Source of the DNA: Pseudomonadota bacterium
GTDB lineage: Bacteria; Bdellovibrionota; Bdellovibrionia; Bdellovibrionales; SG-bin7
DNA: 38,611 nt
Assembly: GCA_034439715.1 (NCBI GenBank)
Contig: JAWXAY010000039.1
Span: 1-38,611, forward strand
Direction of reading: 5' to 3'
Shown: positions 26,147 through 33,589 of the stretch, one piece after another
How positions within the stretch are numbered: position 1 is the stretch's first letter
Layout: every line of letters begins with the position of its first letter
Notes under the pieces: generated by a model
What the model saw: only the letters and a program-made list of their open reading frames with translations
Told to the model about the DNA's origin: nothing
Databases searched by the model: none
Program-made: the position numbers and the translations under genes

Positions 26147-26547
26147 TTTTCTAACACTCCAATAATATCAGTTTCACGCAGGACAATATATTCGTCGTCT
26201 CCTATTTTAATCTCCGTTCCGGCATACTTGGCGAAGAGGACCCGTTCTCCCATCTTAACGGAAGTTGGTCGCAGATGACCCTTGATCGATTTGTGGCCGG
26301 GTCCCACGCAAACTACAGTTCCTTTATTGGTTTGCTCTTGGCCAGAGTCGGGAATGAATAATCCACTGGCAGTTTTGGTGGCGACATCACTTCGTTCGAT
26401 TAAAACTCGGTCATCAAGTGGTACAAACATATTCGACATATCGGTCGTTGATTTCATTTTTGTTGTTTTTGGCAGTTTTTTTAATTGTTTTTTTACCGGT
26501 TTTTTAACTGGTTTTTTTACTTGTTTTTTCTTCTTAGCTTTGGCCAC
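26143..26547 (-). CDS. groES: Co-chaperonin GroES with Lys-rich N-terminal extension
   Basis: PLDDRVLI, TASGLFIPD, GTVVCVGPG, VLFAKYAGTEIK, LRETDIIGV. Probable GTG start at 26547 after GGGGA. Confidence 0.95.
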   Translation of the reverse strand: MAKAKKKKQVKKPVKKPVKKQLKKLPKTTKMKSTTDMSNMFVPLDDRVLIERSDVATKTASGLFIPDSGQEQTNKGTVVCVGPGHKSIKGHLRPTSVKMGERVLFAKYAGTEIKIGDDEYIVLRETDIIGVLEK

Positions 26548-26809
26548 GTTTCCCCATCTCTTCAGCAACATATTTTTTATACAGAATGTCCCATTCAGGA
26601 CTTCCTTCAGTTACGCCACGTTTTAACGATAAAAGTTTGGTTCGAATTTTGGAATCCAAGTCACCCATATCTTTTACGAATTCTATAATTGCTTTTTTTG
26701 CTACTCTCAACGCAAAATCATCATCGGAGTAATCAATAAGGTCGTCTTCCCAGATTCCATCGATTATGATGTGAGCTAAATGCGATTGCCGATCTTCGGA
26801 TAATATCAC
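26534..26809 (-). CDS. DUF507 family protein
   Basis: KLLSLKRGVTEGSPEWDILYKKYVAEE pattern; GTGA overlap with the upstream gene. Confidence 0.85.
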   Translation of the reverse strand: MILSEDRQSHLAHIIIDGIWEDDLIDYSDDDFALRVAKKAIIEFVKDMGDLDSKIRTKLLSLKRGVTEGSPEWDILYKKYVAEEMGKRGQS

Positions 26810-27084
26810 AGTATTATGCCCTTTTGTTTAGCAAGCTTTTTTTTGAGAAGCGGGAACATCTTATAACGTTCAAAATTATTTGGATTTTGCCGTTCAAGTT
26901 CATCCATCATTTCATTAACTTCTTTTTCAAGGACAGTTTCTTTATCAAATTCTTCTTTGACCAATTCGACTGCGCGCTTAAAAACTTTGTCTTCAGTCGT
27001 TTTGAATTGAGCCACATTGTTCGATTTTAGTGCATCAAAAATTTTACGAACCATTTTTTCAATTTCCATACTTGAAAGTTTCAT
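26806..27084 (-). CDS. DUF507 family protein (second type)
   Basis: MKLS...LEKEVNEMM...YKMFPLLKKKLAKQKGIIL. Start ATG 27084 (ORF track 27132). Confidence 0.8.
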   Translation of the reverse strand: MKLSSMEIEKMVRKIFDALKSNNVAQFKTTEDKVFKRAVELVKEEFDKETVLEKEVNEMMDELERQNPNNFERYKMFPLLKKKLAKQKGIIL

Positions 27085-27088
27085 ACCT

Positions 27089-27120
27089 TTGACTAAACGG
27101 AGATGCCCCTCTAAAGTCAA
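27089..27120. promoter_or_regulatory. Overlapping divergent sigma70-like promoters (DUF507 operon / PBP1B)
   Basis: + strand TTGACT-17 bp-TAAAGT (27089-27117). - strand TTGACT (27120-27115)-17 bp-TTTAGT. Confidence 0.45.
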
Positions 27121-27134
27121 GTTTATCGTCAATT

Positions 27135-29420
27135 ATGAAGCGCTTTATTTTACTTACGATTTTAACACTAACGCTCTTTATCATCGGGATTTTTTCCTGG
27201 TTGCTCTTCCTTAATAAAACCATCGCTTCGAGGTTAAAAGAAAGGCAATTTGCTCCACCCATTGAGTTGTATTCTGCTCCTGAAAAAATAATTAAAGGTC
27301 AAACATTACAAAAAGATTTTCTATCTTCTACTCTTGTACAACACAAATATCGACAAAGAGATGAAGGACAAATTTTACGAGAAGGTGACTATGCCATTTT
27401 GGACCTTGAGCAATGCCTTCAGGTCTTGCCGGAGTCTCTTCCTGATGGCGTACAAAAATGTGTGTACATTCATAAAGCGACGACTTGGCAACTAATAGCT
27501 ATTGGAGAAAAAGAAGTTGTAGTGGAAATTTTTGAAGGCGAAAAATTGGAACCCAAACTTTTTATTGAATTAGAGCCAGAGCTGTTTGCTCAGTTTTACG
27601 GCAACACGCCTGTCATTCGTAGATTGGTAAAAATCAATGATACGCCGCCAATCTGCTTAGAGGCACTTTTAGCCATCGAAGACTCGGGATTTTTGGAACA
27701 TAGAGGTTTTAGTGTTGGTGGAATGGCGCGGGCGATGTGGCGAAATATTCGTCGCGGAAGTGTCAGTGAAGGGGGAAGTACCCTGACGCAACAACTGGTC
27801 AAGAATTATTACTTAACCAGTGAGAGGACTATTAAAAGAAAAATTACTGAAATAGGGATGGCACTGGTGCTCGAGGCCCATGTCAGTAAAGATGACATTC
27901 TTGAAACTTACCTAAATGTTATTTACATGGGCCAAAACGGACCTTTTCAAATACGGGGATACGGCTCGGCAGCTCGACACTATTTTTCTAAAGATCTCGA
28001 AGAACTCAATCTTTCAGAGTGCGCGCTAATGGCTGCAATCGTGAATGGGCCTGGGATTTTCAATCCCTTCACGAAACCTGAGAAAGCTTTAGCACGTAGA
28101 AAATTAGTGCTCGAGCGAATGGTAACGCTTAAAAAAATTACTCAGACCGAATTTTCTGAGGCGTTAGCCACCAAGCTACCCAATCGGCCTCCAGCTATTC
28201 AAACTGAAACCGCGCCGTATTTTGTAGATGCGGTGATGAACCAAATGGTCCGAGAAAAAATAGATACGGAAAAGGGTTTACGGGTTTATACCACTCTCAA
28301 TAGACGGGCCCAATTTCTAGCAACAAGTGCGGCAGAAAAAGGTTTAGATAAATTAGAAAGGGATTTTAAAAAAATTAAAGAGCGTAAAGAAAAAGGTAAT
28401 CTTTTAGAAACCTGTCTCATCTCAGCCGACCCTAACTCGGGGTATATTCAGGCGTTGGTGGGCGGTCGTGGGTACAAGGTAAGTCAATTTAATCGGGCGA
28501 TTATGGGTCACCGGCAAGTCGGCTCCATCATGAAGCCGGTTGTCTTTTTGACAGCCCTTGAGGGTCTAACGCCAGAGGGAAATCCTTATACCCCGCTCAC
28601 TATTATCGAAGATAAAGAATTTAACTATCGCTATGAGGGTCAAAAGTGGTCTCCCCAAAATTACGATAAAAAATTTCGCAATAATGTTCCACTTTATGTC
28701 GCACTAAAAGATTCTTTAAATGCCGCGACTGCGAACTTAGGAATTCAAGTAGGTTTGCCCTCGGTGATAGACGTGGCCAGGCGCTTAGGAGTTGATTCTA
28801 AACTTTTGCCGGTGCCGTCGATTACCCTGGGCGCGTTTGAGCTTTTTCCCATTGAAGTTTTGAAAGCCTATACCACTATTTCTCGGCAAGGTTCAAAAAT
28901 TGATCTTTCGTTCATTCGCCATGTCGAAGATTTAGAAGGCAATAAGGTGTACTCTCACAATTACAAAGAAGAGCCTTCAGTCTCTCGAGAAGATGCTACC
29001 GTTTTAACGGGTATGATGAAACAGACACTACAAACAGGCTCAGGTCGCGCCGCTAAATATTATGGCTTTACGCATCCAGCTGCGGGTAAAACAGGAACTA
29101 CCAGTGACACAAAGGACGCTTGGTTTGCGGGTTTTACGCCCTATCACGTTGCGATCGTGTGGATTGGTTACGATAATAATGAGTCACACGGACTAACGGG
29201 GGCCAGCGGCGCTCTGCCGATTTGGGCAGAGTACATGAAAAATTATGCGGGACAATACCCACCCATCGACTTTCCTTTACCTGATGGTGTGGTCAACGCG
29301 ACAGTCCCATTTACGCCGCCGCCACAAGACGATGGCAAAAAAACAGAGTGGCCTGAATCTATTGAACTTTACTTTAAATCAGGCACAGAACCGGGAGCGG
29401 AACTTGATCAAGAGGAGTGA
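27135..29420 (+). CDS. mrcB: Class A penicillin-binding protein, PBP1B-like
   Basis: TM helix, UB2H-like region, transglycosylase EDSGFLEH and GGSTLTQQLVKN, transpeptidase SIMK, SLN, KTGT. Confidence 0.9.
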   Translation: MKRFILLTILTLTLFIIGIFSWLLFLNKTIASRLKERQFAPPIELYSAPEKIIKGQTLQKDFLSSTLVQHKYRQRDEGQILREGDYAILDLEQCLQVLPESLPDGVQKCVYIHKATTWQLIAIGEKEVVVEIFEGEKLEPKLFIELEPELFAQFYGNTPVIRRLVKINDTPPICLEALLAIEDSGFLEHRGFSVGGMARAMWRNIRRGSVSEGGSTLTQQLVKNYYLTSERTIKRKITEIGMALVLEAHVSKDDILETYLNVIYMGQNGPFQIRGYGSAARHYFSKDLEELNLSECALMAAIVNGPGIFNPFTKPEKALARRKLVLERMVTLKKITQTEFSEALATKLPNRPPAIQTETAPYFVDAVMNQMVREKIDTEKGLRVYTTLNRRAQFLATSAAEKGLDKLERDFKKIKERKEKGNLLETCLISADPNSGYIQALVGGRGYKVSQFNRAIMGHRQVGSIMKPVVFLTALEGLTPEGNPYTPLTIIEDKEFNYRYEGQKWSPQNYDKKFRNNVPLYVALKDSLNAATANLGIQVGLPSVIDVARRLGVDSKLLPVPSITLGAFELFPIEVLKAYTTISRQGSKIDLSFIRHVEDLEGNKVYSHNYKEEPSVSREDATVLTGMMKQTLQTGSGRAAKYYGFTHPAAGKTGTTSDTKDAWFAGFTPYHVAIVWIGYDNNESHGLTGASGALPIWAEYMKNYAGQYPPIDFPLPDGVVNATVPFTPPPQDDGKKTEWPESIELYFKSGTEPGAELDQEE

Positions 29421-29466
29421 CTACGCGCCGACTTTTTACGTCACCTCAAGGTCAAGAACAGTCACT

Positions 29467-29590
29467 TATCAATAAGTTAGAGATTTCAGTGTCTTTTTGA
29501 CACCTTATCGTCATTTTAGGTTATATTTTCGAATTGGTGAACGGCCTCAAACCGTTGAGAAATCGTTATTATTTTGGCGCGGGGCTTGCT
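29467..29590 (+). promoter_or_regulatory. sigma54 promoter with IHF site and inverted repeats
   Basis: TGGCGCGGGGCTTGCT (29575-29590) has one mismatch to TGGCACGNNNNTTGCW. IHF match TATCAATAAGTTA (29467-29479). GTGTC-N5-GACAC (29489-29503). CTCAA-N4-TTGAG (29546-29559). Confidence 0.75.
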
Positions 29591-29621
29591 TATATTTGCT
29601 CTGAGCTCCGAGGATTTTTGA

Positions 29622-31478
29622 GTGAAACTTAAGATACCTAAAATCGAAAAGCTAGAGAAAATTCTTGTGAGCAAAAGCTTTCGTTTTCAGGCTATTCGCT
29701 GCGCTATTTCACTATTAATTACCGTTTTGCTTTATCAGTTTTTTTCTCTGACGGGAGTTGAAAACTACCTCTACGATTTACGTGTCATCTACAAGCCTGT
29801 TTCAAAAGTTTCTGACACGGTAGCAACAATTGCAATCGATCAAGAGACCGTGCGCGATATGCGCCGCAGTCCCAATGCTAAAGATCATATAGAGTTTTTA
29901 AAACTATTACTGGCGCAAAAACCTAAAGCCATCGTTTATTTAATTCACCCTAAAGAGTTGGTCGGCGCTTATGAGGAATTGCAAGAATTTGGGGAGTTAG
30001 CCTCAGGGCTTAATAACTTTATCGTTGTGAGTGAAAAATTAAATCTCAAGGGAGAAGAAGGGCGTCTAGAAATGCCGCCGCCTTTTACCGGAATCAAAGT
30101 GGCCATCGGCCCGAAACTAGCTGATAGAAATAGTTCTGGAGGAGACGGTGTTACGCGGCGAATGTTAGTTTCTTATGAAGGAAAAATGGCTTTTCATCCT
30201 CATTTCGCAGGAATTACCAGAGAAGAAGGAGTGCGGGGCCTTATTTATGACGATGAGTTTAACGAAGCCTTTATAGATTATCACCCTCAAGGCACTTATC
30301 GGGCGCTTAGTTTTTCATCTGTATTAGAAAATAAAATCCCTGCCAGTCAATTGACGGATAAAATCGTATTTGTTGGTCGCGATACTTTGGGTTCCAACAA
30401 AGACTATGTGCAAACTCCTTACTCTCAAGATCAAATGGCTATGACAGTATTAGAGTTACACGCGAACATGATGGATACGATGATATTAAATAGCTCGCCC
30501 ATAAAAGTAAATTACTGGATAAATATAGTAGCGACTTTATTGTTTTCTTGGCTAATCGTTTACGTTGTTTTAGCGCTTAAGCCAAGCCGTGGACTTTTAA
30601 TTCTCCTTGCCAGTGTTTTAGCATATGTCACCTTATCGTGGAGCCTACTGTCTTTAGCCGGCGTTTGGCTAGGAATGGCCCATACTTTGATTGCCATGTT
30701 TGTCTGCTATTACTTTTTAATTCCTTATCGATTAATTTTAGAGAACAGAAAAAGTTGGGAGCTCTTTCAGAGAAATAAAATACTCTCGCAAGTAGAAGAA
30801 TTAAAATCAAATTTTCTCAGCATGATGTCACATGACATAAAAACGCCGTTGGCACGAATTCAAGGCATGATCGATTTAATAAAAAGAGAGACGGTCGAGT
30901 TAAATCCCAAACAGACCCAGGCCCTAGATACTATCACCCAATCATCGCGAGATTTGACAGAATTTATTACCTCGATCCTCGATTTAGGAAGAGTCGAAAG
31001 CCAGGGAATTAATTTACACTTTTCATCGAGAGACATAAATTCGCTGGTTCAAGAAGTGATCGAAAAATATGATTTTTTTGCGAAAGAAAGAAACATCGAA
31101 ATCATTGGCGAGTTTGAACCCATGTTTAGTGCGAAGGTTGATGTGGAATTGATGCGCCAGGTATTTAGCAATCTCATTGAAAATGCTATCAAGTATAGCC
31201 CCGAAGGTACTAAAGTTCTGGTCACTACCGAAGAATCTAACGGCGAAGTAGTGATTCAGTTTGCTGACCAGGGGATTGGTATTTCAGAAGATGAACAACA
31301 AAATGTTTTTATGAAATTTTATAGATCAAAAGAGGCTAAAAACTCGAAGATTAAAGGCACGGGTATTGGGCTTTACTTAGCCCGTTATTTTGTAGATCTT
31401 CACAGAGGACGAATTGATGTTGAAAGTCGACCCGCGCAAGGCTCGACTTTTTCGGTGGTTCTGCCTATGGAACAATAA
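29622..31478 (+). CDS. CHASE2-domain sensor histidine kinase
   Basis: IAIDQET, DGVTRR, DKIVFVG, LELHAN CHASE2 motifs; 3 TM helices; SHDIKTPL, NLIENAIKYS, DQGIG, GTGIGL. Confidence 0.93.
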   Translation: MKLKIPKIEKLEKILVSKSFRFQAIRCAISLLITVLLYQFFSLTGVENYLYDLRVIYKPVSKVSDTVATIAIDQETVRDMRRSPNAKDHIEFLKLLLAQKPKAIVYLIHPKELVGAYEELQEFGELASGLNNFIVVSEKLNLKGEEGRLEMPPPFTGIKVAIGPKLADRNSSGGDGVTRRMLVSYEGKMAFHPHFAGITREEGVRGLIYDDEFNEAFIDYHPQGTYRALSFSSVLENKIPASQLTDKIVFVGRDTLGSNKDYVQTPYSQDQMAMTVLELHANMMDTMILNSSPIKVNYWINIVATLLFSWLIVYVVLALKPSRGLLILLASVLAYVTLSWSLLSLAGVWLGMAHTLIAMFVCYYFLIPYRLILENRKSWELFQRNKILSQVEELKSNFLSMMSHDIKTPLARIQGMIDLIKRETVELNPKQTQALDTITQSSRDLTEFITSILDLGRVESQGINLHFSSRDINSLVQEVIEKYDFFAKERNIEIIGEFEPMFSAKVDVELMRQVFSNLIENAIKYSPEGTKVLVTTEESNGEVVIQFADQGIGISEDEQQNVFMKFYRSKEAKNSKIKGTGIGLYLARYFVDLHRGRIDVESRPAQGSTFSVVLPMEQ

Positions 31479-31508
31479 ATGACAGAAAAAAGTTAGAAGG
31501 AGAACGTT

Positions 31509-33026
31509 ATGATAAAAGTTTTAGTAGTTGATGATGATGCCGGATTGCGATTATCAGTCCGAAACGCTTTAGAGGCTACGAAAGGCATTCAGGTTGACGA
31601 GGCGTTTGATGGCCTTAATGCGGTCGAAAAGGTAAAGGCCAATGGTCGCTTTGATGTGGTGATTCTCGACATCGATATGCCGAGGCTTTCTGGCTTTGAA
31701 GCCATGCAGGCTATTAAAGAACATGATCCAGGTATTATAGTTCTTATGATGACGGCCTATGCGACGATTGACGATGCGGTGAGAGCCGTGCAAGAGGGAG
31801 CCTTTCATTATATTGCGAAGCCGTTTAAGGGAGAAGATCTCATCGCCTTAATTGAACGAGCACGATCAGCGCACAATTTGATATCAGGAATTGCCGCGAG
31901 TGCGCCAATTTTACATGAATCAGGTCGTAAAATTATTGGCAATACAGAACAAATGCAAAAAGTATTTAATATTATCCATAAACTTTCTAAAGTGGACACG
32001 CCTGTTTTAATTCGTGGAGAATCAGGTACTGGTAAGGAGCTCGTGGCTCGAGCTATTCACTTTAACTCTCCTCGAAAAGATGGTAAAATCGTCGCTATAA
32101 ATTGTTCGGCCATTCCCGAAAATCTTTTTGAAAGCGAGCTTTTTGGTCACGAAAAAGGTTCGTTCACCGGTGCTGATCAAAGAAAAATTGGAAAATTTCA
32201 GTTTGCGGAGGGTGGCACATTATTTTTAGATGAGGTGGGAGATATGCCTGTACTCATGCAGGTGAAACTTTTGCGCGTATTGCAAGAAAAGGCATTTACT
32301 CCTGTCGGTTCAAATCGTGAAATTGATTCCAACGTGCGCATTATTGCCGCAACAAATCGCCCACTCGAAGAAATGATTAAGGATGGAAAATTTAGAGAAG
32401 ATTTATTTTATCGATTAAATGTTTTTCCGATTTATTTGCCAAATCTTCGTGAAAGAAAAAATGACATTGAGCACTTGGTGCACATGTTTATCAAAAAATT
32501 TAATGCTTCACATAGTAAGCGTATCGTAGGCATTTCAAGTGACGCTATTCAGTGTCTAAAAAAATACGAGTGGCCTGGAAACATTCGTGAACTCGAAAAT
32601 ATAGTCGAGCACGCGTTTATTTTGGAGACTTCAAATCAGCTTACTTTAGGATCGTTGCCAGAGGCCCTTCTGATGACGACTGGATTTCATGCAGTAGCTC
32701 AAAGAATGCAGGTCAGCTCGGGTCTTGATTTCGCGGATGTCAATGGTTCTAATGATGAAATTTCTCAGGACGATGATTTGTCTGGCGGTGGCCAATTAAG
32801 AGACCAGTCCAACGGGGACGGCAGTCGCGAAAGCGGCAGCTCAGCGGAGTTTGATTTTAATAGACAAAAAGAAACTTTTGAAAAGGAATTTATTATCAAG
32901 GCGTTAAAGGCTTTCAATGGCAGAATTAATCAAACAGCTTTGCACGCAAATATTCCAAAAAAGACTTTACTACGTAAGATTGAAAAATACGGGATAGTGC
33001 CCAAAGATTACGCGGTACCGAAGTAA
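31509..33026 (+). CDS. sigma54-dependent response regulator (REC-AAA+-Fis HTH, NtrC family)
   Basis: VVDDD, DIDMP receiver; GESGTGKE, ESELFGHEKGSFTGA, LDE, WPGNIREL; C-terminal HTH. Confidence 0.96.
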   Translation: MIKVLVVDDDAGLRLSVRNALEATKGIQVDEAFDGLNAVEKVKANGRFDVVILDIDMPRLSGFEAMQAIKEHDPGIIVLMMTAYATIDDAVRAVQEGAFHYIAKPFKGEDLIALIERARSAHNLISGIAASAPILHESGRKIIGNTEQMQKVFNIIHKLSKVDTPVLIRGESGTGKELVARAIHFNSPRKDGKIVAINCSAIPENLFESELFGHEKGSFTGADQRKIGKFQFAEGGTLFLDEVGDMPVLMQVKLLRVLQEKAFTPVGSNREIDSNVRIIAATNRPLEEMIKDGKFREDLFYRLNVFPIYLPNLRERKNDIEHLVHMFIKKFNASHSKRIVGISSDAIQCLKKYEWPGNIRELENIVEHAFILETSNQLTLGSLPEALLMTTGFHAVAQRMQVSSGLDFADVNGSNDEISQDDDLSGGGQLRDQSNGDGSRESGSSAEFDFNRQKETFEKEFIIKALKAFNGRINQTALHANIPKKTLLRKIEKYGIVPKDYAVPK

Positions 33027-33085
33027 TTCATTCGAGGTTTTTTTTGATTGATTTGCGGACTCGGGGGCTGTTAGCTTAGCCGACT

Positions 33086-33562
33086 ATGCGATTTATTCCT
33101 CCAGAAGCATTTACCCATCGAGAGTTGGCTCAAGCCTTGACTTGGCTTGGAAATCAACCCGATCACATTCAAAAAGCGGTACAGAATAATAAAGAAGCCT
33201 TAGTTAGTTTGTTTAAAAAATCGATGAGAAATGGCAATGGTGAGTTGCCAACAAATCTCATGAGTGCTCCACCAAGTTCTGATGCTTTTCGCAGCGATTT
33301 AAAGAGTCTAGCTCAAGGCCTTCGGCAGTTTGAGGAGCCGGCCAGCTTTAAGACTGAGCTAGAACCAGAATCTCGAGAAATCTCCAGCCAGCCGGTAGTC
33401 AAAAAAGGCCAGGTTGAATTAGATGAAAAATCGTGGGCATTGATTCAAACAGTCAAGTTGGAATTTAATTTGAGTCATGAGTTTGAGGCTCTGCGGATGC
33501 TTATTACTTTGGGTTTCGACAGGGCCAGCGCCATTTTTCCTAAATCAAAATTGCAAAATTAA
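33086..33562 (+). CDS. Hypothetical cytoplasmic protein, possible C-terminal ribbon-helix-helix
   Basis: 158-aa ORF fills the gap on the same strand as its neighbours; C-terminal VELDEKSWALIQTVKLEFNLSHEFEALRMLITLG. Confidence 0.8.
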   Translation: MRFIPPEAFTHRELAQALTWLGNQPDHIQKAVQNNKEALVSLFKKSMRNGNGELPTNLMSAPPSSDAFRSDLKSLAQGLRQFEEPASFKTELEPESREISSQPVVKKGQVELDEKSWALIQTVKLEFNLSHEFEALRMLITLGFDRASAIFPKSKLQN

Positions 33563-33589
33563 TAAAAATTCTGCTATCTTAAAGCAGAT

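Noticed and set aside
24040..26547. Link between the Gly/Met-rich tail and nearby groES (GroEL ends in GGM repeats)
   Set aside because: The 639-aa protein has no GroEL motifs, appears exported and lies in a separate convergent unit. The similarity is compositional only.
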